Shown here: positions 45,090-55,184 of the stretch, piece after piece
Numbering within the stretch: position 1 is the first letter of the stretch
Layout: the number at the start of each line of letters is the position of its first letter
Assembly: GCA_036558345.1 (NCBI GenBank)
Contig: DATBFV010000041.1
Span: forward strand, 2,289 to 66,288
Reading direction: 5' to 3'
DNA from: Gemmatimonadales bacterium
Lineage (GTDB): Bacteria > Gemmatimonadota > Gemmatimonadetes > Gemmatimonadales > GWC2-71-9
DNA: 64,000 nt
Made by a program: the position numbers and the translations under genes
Notes under the pieces: model-generated
Told to the model about the DNA's origin: nothing
What the model saw: only the letters and a program-made list of their open reading frames with translations
Database searches by the model: none

Positions 45090-46214
45090 ATGAAGCGTGC
45101 AATCGTTCTCGCCGCTGTTTCGTGTGTTCCCCTTCTGGCATGCAACAAGGCCGATGCCGGCGACGGCTCGGGCCGTCCTTACAAAGTCGGCACCGTCGAT
45201 CGCGGAGACATTCGCGTGATCGTCGAGGAGACCGGCGTCGTCGCGCCAGAGCGCAGCATCGTCGTCAAATCGCCGATCTCCGGGGTGGTGCAGCAGCTCT
45301 ATGTGCGGGAGGGCGATCGCGTTCAGGCGGGGCAGGTGCTCGCGCGCGTCATGCCGGACATCGCCCAGGCGAACAGCCTGGCACAGCTCAGGAGCGAGAT
45401 CGCCAAGGCGCGTATCGCGCGTGACAACGCGAAGCGCGAATTCGATCGCGGCCAGTCCCTCGCCGCGATGGGCGGCATCACGCAGGCCGACCTGGATGTG
45501 CGGCGCGTGACCTACGAGCAGTCAGAGAACCAGTGGCGCACGGCGGAAGATCAACTGCAGCTCGTCCAACGCTCGGGCGTGACCGCGGGCGACTCGACCG
45601 GTAACACCGCACAGTGGGCCCGTATCACCGCTCCAGCTGCGGGCGTCATCATCGGACGCGGCGTCGAAGAAGGCGAGACCGTGGTCGGCGGGACGAGCGC
45701 GTTCGGCGGCGGGACGGAACTCTTCACGATGGCCGATCTCTCCACGCTGCTCGTGAAGGCTGCGATCAACGAAGTCGATATCGGCAAAGTGAAGAAGGGC
45801 GATCAGGTGGCGCTGACGGTCGACGCATTTCCCGGCGATACCGCGCAAGGCGTGGTGCGACTGGTGCCACCGGCCGCCCGTCTTCAGGATCGCGTGCGCG
45901 TGTTTGATGTCGAAATCGTGGTAACCGGTGGCGCGAGCGTGCTCAGGCCTGGTATGACGGCCAACGTGCGCATTTCGGGACCCGTTCGCACCGGAGCGCT
46001 ACGCGTCCCGGTCGAGGCGGTCTTATTAAAGGAAGGGAAGCCGGTCGTCTACAAGATCGGTGGGAGCGGCCCGCAGCCTGTGCCGGTGACGCTCGGGCTC
46101 TCCGACCTCTTCTACGTCGAGATCGCGAACGGCCTGGCTGCTGGCGATTCGATCGCGCTGGAAGATCCGGTGGCGGCCACCGAACGCGCCCGAAACCCGG
46201 CGCGCCGCCGCTGA
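45090..46214 (+). CDS. efflux periplasmic adaptor (HlyD/MacA-like lipoprotein)
   Basis: Trimmed to MKRAIVLAAVSCVPLLAC (lipobox). Lipoyl/beta-barrel adaptor blocks are SGVVQQLYVREGDRVQAGQVLARV and MTANVRI. Confidence 0.85.
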   Translation: MKRAIVLAAVSCVPLLACNKADAGDGSGRPYKVGTVDRGDIRVIVEETGVVAPERSIVVKSPISGVVQQLYVREGDRVQAGQVLARVMPDIAQANSLAQLRSEIAKARIARDNAKREFDRGQSLAAMGGITQADLDVRRVTYEQSENQWRTAEDQLQLVQRSGVTAGDSTGNTAQWARITAPAAGVIIGRGVEEGETVVGGTSAFGGGTELFTMADLSTLLVKAAINEVDIGKVKKGDQVALTVDAFPGDTAQGVVRLVPPAARLQDRVRVFDVEIVVTGGASVLRPGMTANVRISGPVRTGALRVPVEAVLLKEGKPVVYKIGGSGPQPVPVTLGLSDLFYVEIANGLAAGDSIALEDPVAATERARNPARRR

Positions 46215-46882
46215 TGTCGCTCATCGAGGCGCGCGGCCTCGCCAAGACCTACCGGCTGGGGCAGGTGGACGTCCAGGCGCTGCGCGGCGCGGACGTCGAT
46301 GTCGCGGCCGGCGAGTACATCGCGATCACCGGTCCGTCCGGTTCCGGCAAAAGCACACTCATGCACATCCTCGGCTGCCTCGACTCTCCGACGGCGGGCA
46401 GCTACCGGCTGGACGGCGAGGACGTCGGCACGCTCTCCGGCAAACGCCTGGCGTACGTGCGCAATCGCAAGGTCGGCTTCGTGTTTCAGACGTTCAACCT
46501 GATGCCTCGACTCACCGTCGAAGAGAATGTCGCGCTGCCGCTCAAGTACCGCGGTGGTGTGCCGCGCGGTGAGCGGCGGGTACGCGCGCTCAAGCTGCTC
46601 GAGCGGCTTGGCTTGTCGGATCGCATCGGCCATCGTCCCGACGAATTGTCGGGCGGAGAACGCCAGCGCGTGGCCATCGCGCGCGCGCTGGTCGGTGAAC
46701 CGGCGATTCTGATGGCGGATGAGCCAACCGGGAATCTCGATTCCAAAGCCGGCAGCGAGGTGATGAAGACGTTCGCGGAGCTGCACGCGGCCGGTCATAC
46801 GATCGTGCTGGTGACGCACGATCCCGGCGTCGCGGCGCGCGCCGAGCGCATGATCCAGATGAGCGACGGCCTGGTCGTGTGA
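46214..46882 (+). CDS. ABC transporter ATP-binding protein (MacB/LolD type)
   Basis: Walker A GPSGSGKST, signature LSGGERQRV and Walker B ILMADEPT. Confidence 0.9.
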   Translation: MSLIEARGLAKTYRLGQVDVQALRGADVDVAAGEYIAITGPSGSGKSTLMHILGCLDSPTAGSYRLDGEDVGTLSGKRLAYVRNRKVGFVFQTFNLMPRLTVEENVALPLKYRGGVPRGERRVRALKLLERLGLSDRIGHRPDELSGGERQRVAIARALVGEPAILMADEPTGNLDSKAGSEVMKTFAELHAAGHTIVLVTHDPGVAARAERMIQMSDGLVV

Positions 46883-48105
46883 ATCTCGTCGAGTCATTGC
46901 TGACGGGGCTCGACGAGGCGCGGCGTCACTGGGGTCAGACATTGCTCTCGCTCCTCGGCCTCATTCTGGGTACCGGGAGCATCGTGACCGTGCTGGCATT
47001 GTTCGGCGGCCAGACGGCGCTGACGGAGCAGTTTCTGAACGAAGTCGGGGGCCGCGGCACGATCGTCGTCTATGATCGGGAACCCTCCGCGCATCCTGGC
47101 GCGCGCGAGCTGGCGTCGAAGCGGCTCACGTTTCACGACGCGCAGTTCCTGCGCGACCGCGCGACAGCGTTGATGGCCGTCAGCCCCGGCTGGGCGAAGC
47201 AGCTCTCCTATCGCGTCGGCAATGTGAGCTTCGACGGCCAGGTGATCGGGACAGTCCCCGACTACATGACGATCAACGACATCAAGCCTCTCGTGGGCCG
47301 CTATCTCAGCGACCTCGATGTGCGGCAACAAGCGCGCGTGGCCGTGTTGGGGTGGAAGTACGCCGACTCCCTGTTCGGCCGCGCGACGGCTGCGCTGGGG
47401 CAGGTCGTCAGCATCGGGGAGAAGAGCTATCGCGTGGTCGGCGTGCTCGAGCGGGAAGAGTTCTACTTCGCGGCCTGGGAGGACAACGCGCTCGAGTACC
47501 GGAACGAGCGCGCGTACATCCCGATCTCGGCGGCCATCGCGCAGTACAGCGCGAATGACCGCCTGGACTTTCTGACGCTCAAGGCGCGGGCTGGTGCGGG
47601 TGGAGCGGGAGCCCAGGCGCAGGTTCGCAGTCTGCTCTACGCACGACACGGCGTGGAGGATTTCGATATCCGTGCATCGGGGCAGGGCGCCGGTCAGGAC
47701 TCAGGACAGTTTCTCATGCTGTTCAACTTCATCTTCCTCGTCGTCGGCGTCGTGTCGCTCGTGACCGGCGGAATCGTCATCGCGAACATTTTGCTCGCCT
47801 CCGTTGTGGAACGAGTCCGCGAATTCGGCACCCGCATGGCGCTCGGCGCGACCGCCGGCGGAATCTTTGCTCACGTCCTTGCGGAGGTCCTCGTCATCAC
47901 GGCAATCGGAGGGCTGCTGGGTCTGGGCCTGGGCGCCGCGCTCACAGGCATCGTCGCCCAGGCCATGCAAATGCCGGCGGTGGTCAGTCCGTTCATCGCC
48001 ACGATTTCGCTGGCGACCGCGGTGAGCGTCGGTTTGATCGCCGGCTTGTTCCCGGCGCTGCGCGCGGCGCGGCTGTCGCCGGTCGAGGCGCTCCGCTATG
48101 CGTGA
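46879..48105 (+). CDS. ABC transporter permease (MacB-like periplasmic core plus FtsX domain)
   Basis: N-terminal TM, a periplasmic region of about 230 aa and three C-terminal TM segments. It ends ..PALRAARLSPVEALRYA, typical of the FtsX family. 4-nt overlap with the ATPase gene. Confidence 0.85.
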   Translation: MNLVESLLTGLDEARRHWGQTLLSLLGLILGTGSIVTVLALFGGQTALTEQFLNEVGGRGTIVVYDREPSAHPGARELASKRLTFHDAQFLRDRATALMAVSPGWAKQLSYRVGNVSFDGQVIGTVPDYMTINDIKPLVGRYLSDLDVRQQARVAVLGWKYADSLFGRATAALGQVVSIGEKSYRVVGVLEREEFYFAAWEDNALEYRNERAYIPISAAIAQYSANDRLDFLTLKARAGAGGAGAQAQVRSLLYARHGVEDFDIRASGQGAGQDSGQFLMLFNFIFLVVGVVSLVTGGIVIANILLASVVERVREFGTRMALGATAGGIFAHVLAEVLVITAIGGLLGLGLGAALTGIVAQAMQMPAVVSPFIATISLATAVSVGLIAGLFPALRAARLSPVEALRYA

Positions 48106-49348
48106 CTGGGGGGGGCTCGAGCTGGTGGTCGATGCGCTGCGCGAGATCGGGGCACACAAGCTGCGCTCCCTGCTCACGCTCTCAGGCATCGTTTTTGGCG
48201 CCGCCTCGGTGGTCTCGATGACCTCGCTGGCAGCAGCGATGCGGACTCTGGTGTTCGACGACCTGATGTCGATGGGACTGTCGCACAGCTTCTTTATGAA
48301 TGATGCAGGGCCGCGCTCCGACGCACGCGGCGCCACGGCGCTGCGCCACACCGGCATCCGCCTGACCGATCTGGATGCATTGCGCGCGTTGCCAGGCGTT
48401 GGAACCGTGCACGGTCGCAACTTCGGCTCCGAGCAGGTGGTCAACGCGCCGGCCGATCGCCGGCGAGTGCGCATCGACGGGGTAGACGCGGGCTATCTCG
48501 AGATACGGAACTTCCAACTCTTGTCGGGCCGTACCTTGCGGCCGCTGGACATCGAGAATCGGTCCCGGGTGGCGGTGTTGGGCTCCGAGGTAGAGCAGGG
48601 ATTGTTCGGAGCGGCGAATCCGCTGGGTCAAACGATCACCATCGATGGCGTGCGGTTCATGGTGGTGGGCGTGGTCGGGCCAATCCACTTCGACATCATC
48701 CCCGCCGACTTCGATTGGGTCGGCAGGCGCATTTACATCCCGTACACCTACATGACCCGTTACCAAAAGGGCGAAGGACGGTTGGACGAAGCCCTTGTCA
48801 CCTCGGCTTCCACCGCGGACTTCGGCGACGTTCTGCGACGCAGCATTGCGCTCCTCAAGCAGCGCCACGGCGGAACCCAAGACTTCCAAATCGACAATGA
48901 AGCCGCGAACGTGCTGGAGAATCTCGACATGGCCGACAACATCCTCGGTGGTTGGAACGCCGTGATGTTTACGATCGCCGGCGTCACCTTGATCGTGGGC
49001 GGGATCGGGCTCTTCAGTGTGCTGCTGATTTCGGTGCGTGAGCGCGTGCAGGAAATCGGGATTCGCAAAGCACTGGGCGCCGATGACAGCGCCATCCTCC
49101 GGCTGTTCCTGGCGGAGTCGTTGACGCTCGCATTCCTCGGCGCGGTGCTTGGCATTGCGGGTGGCGCGGGTCTCACCATCGTTACGGAGATGATCGGCAA
49201 GCAGTTCGGAAAACCTTTCGTGATTCCCGTAAGCGTACCCGGCGTGTTCCTCGCGGTGGTCTTCGCGCTGATTGTGGGCTTCCTGTTCGGATGGTACCCG
49301 GCGCGCCGCGCGGCGCGGCTCGATCCGATCGAGGCTATTGTCGGTTAA
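48098..49348 (+). CDS. ABC transporter permease (MacB-like periplasmic core plus FtsX domain), second copy
   Basis: Same architecture as the first permease. It ends ..PARRAARLDPIEAIVG. 8-nt overlap with the preceding permease gene. Confidence 0.85.
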   Translation: MRDWGGLELVVDALREIGAHKLRSLLTLSGIVFGAASVVSMTSLAAAMRTLVFDDLMSMGLSHSFFMNDAGPRSDARGATALRHTGIRLTDLDALRALPGVGTVHGRNFGSEQVVNAPADRRRVRIDGVDAGYLEIRNFQLLSGRTLRPLDIENRSRVAVLGSEVEQGLFGAANPLGQTITIDGVRFMVVGVVGPIHFDIIPADFDWVGRRIYIPYTYMTRYQKGEGRLDEALVTSASTADFGDVLRRSIALLKQRHGGTQDFQIDNEAANVLENLDMADNILGGWNAVMFTIAGVTLIVGGIGLFSVLLISVRERVQEIGIRKALGADDSAILRLFLAESLTLAFLGAVLGIAGGAGLTIVTEMIGKQFGKPFVIPVSVPGVFLAVVFALIVGFLFGWYPARRAARLDPIEAIVG

Positions 49349-49374
49349 CGCGCCAGATGTAGACTTCCCGGGCC

Positions 49375-51537
49375 ATGCTCACGCTTTTGCTCAGCGTTCT
49401 GATTCTGCCGGCCGACACGGTTACTGGCCGGATCGTCGACACCGCCGGCCACGCCGTTCCCCAGGCCATTGTCGAAGTTGCGGAGCTTGGCACCAGCGTC
49501 ACCACATCCGCGGACGGCACGTTTCGGTTGAATCTCGCGCCGGGCCGGTACACGCTCGCTGTCCGGCGCCACGGCTATGCGCCCGCCGTGCGCGAAGTCG
49601 TCCTTACGCCGGGAATGCCCGCCGAGCTCCAGATCATGCTTACGCCGAGCGCGTTCCAGCTCGAGCCCCTGACGGTCACGGCGACGCGACAACCACTTCC
49701 GTCGCAAAGCTCGCCACTGCCGTCTACCGCCCTCACCGGCGACGCGCTTCGCAACGCGCAGAGCGTCTCCCTGGCGCACGTCGTCGCGACGTTGCCCGGT
49801 GTGAATGCGATTACCACCGGTTCCCAGATAGGGAAGCCCGTGATCCGCGGATTTGCGGGCCCGCGCGTGCTCGTGCTCGAGAACGGCAGCCGGCTCGAGG
49901 ACTATTCGTGGAGCGATGAAGACGGACCGTCAGTCGAAACGGCGTTCGTCCGTCGCATCGAATTGATTCGCGGACCGGCGAGTGTGCTGTACGGCTCCGA
50001 CGCTGTGGGCGGCGTGATCAACGTGATTCCGGATCAGCTTCCAGATGCGGGCGGCGGTCGGGGATTCATGCGGACCGGCTTCATGGTGTCGGGCGCGACG
50101 AACAATGTCGAGGTCGCGGCCGCGGGACAGGCCGAGGGCGCAAAGGGCAATTTCGGCTGGCGCGTCAATGCGATCGGCCGCGGATCAGGCAACCTCCACA
50201 CCCCCGACGGCGAGCTCGACAACACCGGATTCGGCGCACTCAACGGCGATGCGACCGGCGGCTGGCGCTGGGCGTCGGGCAGCAACCTGGCGTTCCGGGT
50301 CGTGCATTACGGCGGCGAGTTCAAGTTGCTCGAGGCCAACGCGGCGCCGGGTGAGGAGGGCGGCCCGGAGCGCAAAGCCGGCGACAACCGGATTCAGATC
50401 ACAGGCCAGCGTCCGTTGCGCGGTGGCGCATGGCGGCTCGAGGGGAAGGGCCAACTTCAAGCCCATTCGTTGATCGAGGTGTCGGACGACTCCACCGGCA
50501 CGGAGTCCGAGGCGTTCAATCTACAGCTCAAAACCGCCTCACTCGATGTGCTCCTGCATCACGGGGGCACGACGCTCGGGATTACGGGAATCGGCCAGAC
50601 GAATGATGCGAGTGGGCGCGAGCCGATCGTTCCCGACGGGAGCACGATTTCAGGCGCCGCGTTTGCATTGCAACGCTGGAGTCTGGCCAACGGTCGCTGG
50701 GCGTTGCTCGCGGGGCTGCGCGGCGATGCGCAGCGGCTCAGCGCTGACCAGAATGATTCGCTGGGCGTCGTGGCGCAGGATCGCAATGCGCAGGCGTGGT
50801 CCGGGAACGTAGGCCTGGTCTTCATGCCCGCATCCCCCCTGTCGTTGACCGTGAATGTGGGACGCGCGTGGCGCGCACCGACGTTGTTCGAGCTCTTCGC
50901 CAACGGACCGCACATCGGCGAAGCACGGTACGAGCTCGGCGACTCCACGCTGAAGCCCGAGCTAGGCGGAGATGTCGATGTGGGGCTGCGGTGGAACGAC
51001 CACCGCGTTCGGTTCGAAGTCTCCGCGTATTACAACAAGCTGTCCGATTTCATCTACGTCACGCCGACGGCGGCCGTCATCGATTCGTTGCCCGTCTACC
51101 AGTACAGCCAGGCGGAAGCCGAGATGCTGGGCGGCGAAGCGTTTGTCGAGGCCGAAGTCGCGCGAGGGTTTGTGGCGCGCGGCCGGCTCGAGGCTGTGCG
51201 CGGCACCAACCTTGCGGCCCACGAGCCGCTACCGCTCATCCCACCGCGCCGCGCCGCGGCGTCGGTCGCTTGGCGCGACCGTGTAAGCGTCGAGGTCGAG
51301 AACTATGCGACGCCAACACGGCTCAATCCGCTCGACATCGCCACCGAAGGGTACACACTCCTGAACCTCGGCGGTGGCGCCGATCTCCGCCTGTTCGGGC
51401 GCGACATGCGGCTCGACATCCAGCTCCGGAACGCGCTCGACGAGCGTTATAGGAGTTTTCTGAGTCGCTATAAGACATTTGCGGACGATCCAGGCCGGAA
51501 CCTGATCGTCCGGCTGACCAGCGGCTTTATCGATTAG
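49375..51537 (+). CDS. TonB-dependent receptor with N-terminal carboxypeptidase-regulatory-like domain
   Basis: GRIVDTAGHAVPQAIVEV..GRYTLAVRRHGY (CarbopepD_reg-like). Plug blocks are GKPVIRGFAGPRVLVLENG and RIELIRGPASVLYGSDAVGGVINV. A long beta-barrel region follows. Confidence 0.85.
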   Translation: MLTLLLSVLILPADTVTGRIVDTAGHAVPQAIVEVAELGTSVTTSADGTFRLNLAPGRYTLAVRRHGYAPAVREVVLTPGMPAELQIMLTPSAFQLEPLTVTATRQPLPSQSSPLPSTALTGDALRNAQSVSLAHVVATLPGVNAITTGSQIGKPVIRGFAGPRVLVLENGSRLEDYSWSDEDGPSVETAFVRRIELIRGPASVLYGSDAVGGVINVIPDQLPDAGGGRGFMRTGFMVSGATNNVEVAAAGQAEGAKGNFGWRVNAIGRGSGNLHTPDGELDNTGFGALNGDATGGWRWASGSNLAFRVVHYGGEFKLLEANAAPGEEGGPERKAGDNRIQITGQRPLRGGAWRLEGKGQLQAHSLIEVSDDSTGTESEAFNLQLKTASLDVLLHHGGTTLGITGIGQTNDASGREPIVPDGSTISGAAFALQRWSLANGRWALLAGLRGDAQRLSADQNDSLGVVAQDRNAQAWSGNVGLVFMPASPLSLTVNVGRAWRAPTLFELFANGPHIGEARYELGDSTLKPELGGDVDVGLRWNDHRVRFEVSAYYNKLSDFIYVTPTAAVIDSLPVYQYSQAEAEMLGGEAFVEAEVARGFVARGRLEAVRGTNLAAHEPLPLIPPRRAAASVAWRDRVSVEVENYATPTRLNPLDIATEGYTLLNLGGGADLRLFGRDMRLDIQLRNALDERYRSFLSRYKTFADDPGRNLIVRLTSGFID

Positions 51538-52787
51538 CGCTTCGCGAGTGCCGCAGTCGTCGCGGCGTCGAGGATTTTCCAGATCTGGTCTGCCCACGCG
51601 CGGTGCTCCGGCTTCATGAGCACCGAGCGGAGGCAGACGATCGTATCGCGGTCGCGCTGCATCTCCTGCACATCGATCAAACCTACCGGCAGCGTTACGA
51701 GAGCCAGATGAAGCTGGCGCTGCGCGGCCTCCTCGAAAATTCGCTGCGACAGCGCTGAAGCTTCGGTGATGCGCGTGGCGCGCGGTGCCCAGACGAGGAT
51801 GTCGAGCTCTGGCGCCGCGCCGGTCACGAAGCGTCGGTCGGCGCGAATCCGCTGATAGAGGTCCAACGCCGCCGCTCGCCCCGCCGCAAGTCCTTTCGCG
51901 AATTCTCCACCGCGCACGAGCGGAAGTAGGCGCTGCGTCGCCCACAGGGCCACGGCCGCGGCGCCTGGGCGCGAGCATTCCAGTGAGATCTCGCCCAGAT
52001 GCATGTCGGTGGAGGTGTAGTAGGTGTAGGGCGAGTCATGACGGTACAGTCGCCCGACCGCTGGATCCTTGAAGATCACGCAGCCGCAGCCGTAGGGCTG
52101 CAGCCCGTGCTTGTGCGGATCGATGACCACCGACGCGGCCTCGCGCATGAGCTCGAGCGCGAGCCGCGTTTCGTCCCTAAGGTTGTCCGCCAGTAGAAAG
52201 TAGCCGCCGTACGCCGCGTCCGCGTGAATCCGGAAATCGAACCGGCGCCGCAGGTCGACGATCCCCGCGAGGGGATCGACGGCGCCGGTCGCCGTCGTTC
52301 CCATCGTCGCCACGACAGCGCCGACTCCGCCCGCCGCGAGCCGGCGCTCGAGCGCCTGGATGTCCATCCGGCCGGCGCGATCGCAGGGAATGGTCTCGAA
52401 GGGCAGGCCGAGGACGCCCGTAATGCGCTGGTGCGTGTAGTGCGCCTGTGTCGAGGCGAGAATGGTTTTGCCCGCGTGAAGCTGGCCGGCGATCCACAGC
52501 GCTTCGAGATTCGCCATCGTGCCGCCGCTGCACAGGTGACCGAGGTGGGTGTCCCAGCCGATCATGCGCGCGAGCGCGGCAACCGCTTCCTTTTCCATCG
52601 CCGAGCTGGCGCGGCCGCCGTCGAGTGCGTGGTTGTTCGGATTGATTTTGAGGGCCATCTCATACGCGCGACGGGCGATCTCGTGCGGCGGCTTCAGCAT
52701 CTGCCCTGCGTAGAGCGGATCGCCGTATGGGTAGTTGTCCTTGAGGCGTTCCGCGACTTCTCGCAGCACCGCTTCAAGATCCTTCAA
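51534..52787 (-). CDS. PLP-dependent decarboxylase (group II, MfnA/GadB-like fold)
   Basis: GGTMANLEALW and the PLP-lysine block VVIDPHKHGLQPYGCG. The TTG start at 52787 overlaps the Rieske gene end by 14 nt, so the start is uncertain. Confidence 0.8.
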   Translation of the reverse strand: MKDLEAVLREVAERLKDNYPYGDPLYAGQMLKPPHEIARRAYEMALKINPNNHALDGGRASSAMEKEAVAALARMIGWDTHLGHLCSGGTMANLEALWIAGQLHAGKTILASTQAHYTHQRITGVLGLPFETIPCDRAGRMDIQALERRLAAGGVGAVVATMGTTATGAVDPLAGIVDLRRRFDFRIHADAAYGGYFLLADNLRDETRLALELMREAASVVIDPHKHGLQPYGCGCVIFKDPAVGRLYRHDSPYTYYTSTDMHLGEISLECSRPGAAAVALWATQRLLPLVRGGEFAKGLAAGRAAALDLYQRIRADRRFVTGAAPELDILVWAPRATRITEASALSQRIFEEAAQRQLHLALVTLPVGLIDVQEMQRDRDTIVCLRSVLMKPEHRAWADQIWKILDAATTAALAKR

Positions 52788-53895
52788 GGGCCCTCAAGTA
52801 CGTCCTGTCCCAGGCGGCAGGAATGCTTTCACGCGGCGAGTACGGTCCCGGTGCGTACACGCGCGAGCTGACGCCGAGCTGGCTCTGCTCGCAGATGTGC
52901 CAGTCTTGCCGGTTGGTGCGGTCCCAGAACTCTTCCGCATCCTGGATGTTGTACCCCGCGGCGCGCGGCGCGTCGGGGTGCACCATCCATTCGCACACCA
53001 CGCGCGACTCGTTCGCTGACTTGGGCCAAACGGTATAGAACACCGCGTAGTCGGGATGCAGGCTCAGCATCATGCTGGGGAAGAGCGCGTAATAGAACGC
53101 GCGCCGTTGATCGTCCCCGTCGAGCCTGCCGAGCGGCAGCGCGCAAGCGCGGCCCGTCATCGTCGCGCTCTCGTTCGGCGCCTTGATCTCCATGTAGCCG
53201 CCGAGGAACGGTCCTTCGATCAAGTCGTTCGCGCCGCTCGTGTACGGCAGCTTGGTCGACAGCTCGGGATGAATCGTGGGGCAGTGCAAGCATTCATTGT
53301 AGTTCTGCAAGATCAGCTTCCAGTTGGCGCGCACGTCGTATTCGATGCGCCGCACCGTCGTCAGCCGCGGCAAGTTGTAGCGGGAGAATCGCCCGGTGAG
53401 CGGCGCGAACCACTGCGCCGCATCAGCCTGCGCATCCAGGTTCACAAACAGGAATCCCTCCCACTCGGCGAGCGGGACGCGATGCAGCGGGTAATTCTTC
53501 TTGTCGAAGCCCTCGACTTCATTCATGTGTGGGGCGCCGATCAGGCGGCCGTCCAACGCATACGTCCAGGCGTGGTACGGACACTGAATCGTCTCGGACA
53601 GGTGTCCGGATGACGCTTCGCAGAGCCGCGTTCCGCGATGACGGCACACGTTGTAGTACGCGTGCCGCTCGCCCGACTGGTCGCGCAGCACGATGATGCT
53701 CTCGCCTCCGACTTGGACGACGCTATAGTCGCCCGGCTTCTGCAGAGCCGAATCGCGGCCCACACAGATCCAGTGACGGGCGAAAATCCGCTCCTGGTCC
53801 TCGGCGAACACCTCGGGCGACGTGTAGTAGCGGCCGGGCAGCGTCTTCGCGCCCTGCTTGTAGCTGTCGGTGGTCTTGAGGAATGTGGCCATCAC
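52774..53895 (-). CDS. Rieske non-heme iron oxygenase, alpha-subunit type
   Basis: Rieske CRHRGTRLC...CPYHAW. Mononuclear iron motif NYNECLHCPTIHPE (E-x2-H-x4-H). The start is either the GTG at 53895 or the ATG at 53892; both overlap the upstream stop. Confidence 0.85.
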   Translation of the reverse strand: MMATFLKTTDSYKQGAKTLPGRYYTSPEVFAEDQERIFARHWICVGRDSALQKPGDYSVVQVGGESIIVLRDQSGERHAYYNVCRHRGTRLCEASSGHLSETIQCPYHAWTYALDGRLIGAPHMNEVEGFDKKNYPLHRVPLAEWEGFLFVNLDAQADAAQWFAPLTGRFSRYNLPRLTTVRRIEYDVRANWKLILQNYNECLHCPTIHPELSTKLPYTSGANDLIEGPFLGGYMEIKAPNESATMTGRACALPLGRLDGDDQRRAFYYALFPSMMLSLHPDYAVFYTVWPKSANESRVVCEWMVHPDAPRAAGYNIQDAEEFWDRTNRQDWHICEQSQLGVSSRVYAPGPYSPRESIPAAWDRTYLRALEGS

Positions 53896-55184
53896 GTCTC
53901 CTTCAATATCACCTTCGCCGCGTTCCGGCCCGCCGCCCCCGGAATCCCGCCCCCGGGGTGTGTGCCCGCCCCGCAGAGATAGAGCTCCGGTACCGGCGTG
54001 CGATACCGGCTCCAGCCGGGGACCGGTCGCATGAACAGAATCTGGTCGAGCGTCAGCTCACCGTGGTAGAGGTGTCCGTTCGGCGTCTGGAGTCTGACCT
54101 GGTACGCGGGGACGCCGAGCGCCGCCGCGACCCGCGATTCGAGTCCAGAGTCCACGGTCGCGGCGTACTGCACGTGGATCTCATTGCCAAAGGTCTCGAC
54201 GTAGGGGTTTGCCGAAGGCCTGCCGTACTTCGCATCGTCGTAAGCGCGCTCGAGGTAATCCAGCGACGGCGCAACGCACTGCGGTGCGCCAGGAGGAGTC
54301 CCCCCCAACGACCCGCGCACCACACAGTTTCGCGCCTTGATGTTGTGGACGGCCCTCATGAACTCGGGATCGAGTTGGGCCTGGTAAGGCTCGAAGGCGG
54401 TCTTCGGGTCGGCGCTCGACACAACGACCCGAGCGGGTGGCGGGTCGCCCTGAACAACCTCCACACCGGGGAGACCCTCCAGCACCTCTCTCACGTTCGA
54501 CCTCGGCGGCCGGAAGACTCCCACAGCACTTCCCACGTGGTGGTGCAGGAAGTTGAAGGCGGTCCCGCCTGAGCGCGGGCCCTGCTTCAGGTGCCACACG
54601 CCGAGCGCGCCCAGAACCCCCTTGAGCGCGTCGCTCTCGAACCAATCGTCCAGCAGCTCGGCGATGGACATCGGGAGGATGCGGAGCAGATCGATCACGG
54701 TCTGCTTGCCGAGGCGCCGGACCCGCATGCCGAGGCGGCCGAGACGAATCAGCTCGCCGACATCGCGGGACTCGACGTCGGGCGCTGGTTGGAGGTAAAG
54801 CGCCTCCAGGACACCCGCCAGACGGTGCATCCGCGCGCAGAACTCGGGCCATTTCGCCGCGTCCGCGGGGCTCACGCGTTTGATCGCCTCGGCGGACTTC
54901 GCGACGTCGCGCGACAGCGCGAGCCCGCCACCACCAGAGAGGGGCGCGGTGATCCAGGGATCTGGTGCCTCGATCCGCAGGCGGGGCGTCGCCAGGCCCA
55001 GCTCCCTGATGATCTGCGGCGGTACCCAGCCGGTTTCCCACTCCGACGCGATCTCGCGCCGTTCCTGGACGACCACGACTCGCCGCCCTGCGCGCGCGAG
55101 ATAATGCGCTGCGACCAGGCCATTCACGTCCCCGCCGATCACGACGACATCCACTCGCCGTCCTTCGCCGCTCTTCGCCGTCAT
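53892..55184 (-). CDS. CrtI/PYROXD2-like oxidoreductase paralogue, shortened, with a degenerate dinucleotide-binding motif
   Basis: VDVVVIGGDVNGLVAAHYLARAGRRVVVV replaces GGGHNG, and ERREIASEW replaces ERRPRVGGA. It shares the C-terminal blocks PSLDY.ERAYDDAKYG and G.GTHPGGGI.GA.GR.AA..ILK with the neighbouring 528-aa paralogue. ATGA overlap. Confidence 0.8.
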   Translation of the reverse strand: MTAKSGEGRRVDVVVIGGDVNGLVAAHYLARAGRRVVVVQERREIASEWETGWVPPQIIRELGLATPRLRIEAPDPWITAPLSGGGGLALSRDVAKSAEAIKRVSPADAAKWPEFCARMHRLAGVLEALYLQPAPDVESRDVGELIRLGRLGMRVRRLGKQTVIDLLRILPMSIAELLDDWFESDALKGVLGALGVWHLKQGPRSGGTAFNFLHHHVGSAVGVFRPPRSNVREVLEGLPGVEVVQGDPPPARVVVSSADPKTAFEPYQAQLDPEFMRAVHNIKARNCVVRGSLGGTPPGAPQCVAPSLDYLERAYDDAKYGRPSANPYVETFGNEIHVQYAATVDSGLESRVAAALGVPAYQVRLQTPNGHLYHGELTLDQILFMRPVPGWSRYRTPVPELYLCGAGTHPGGGIPGAAGRNAAKVILKET

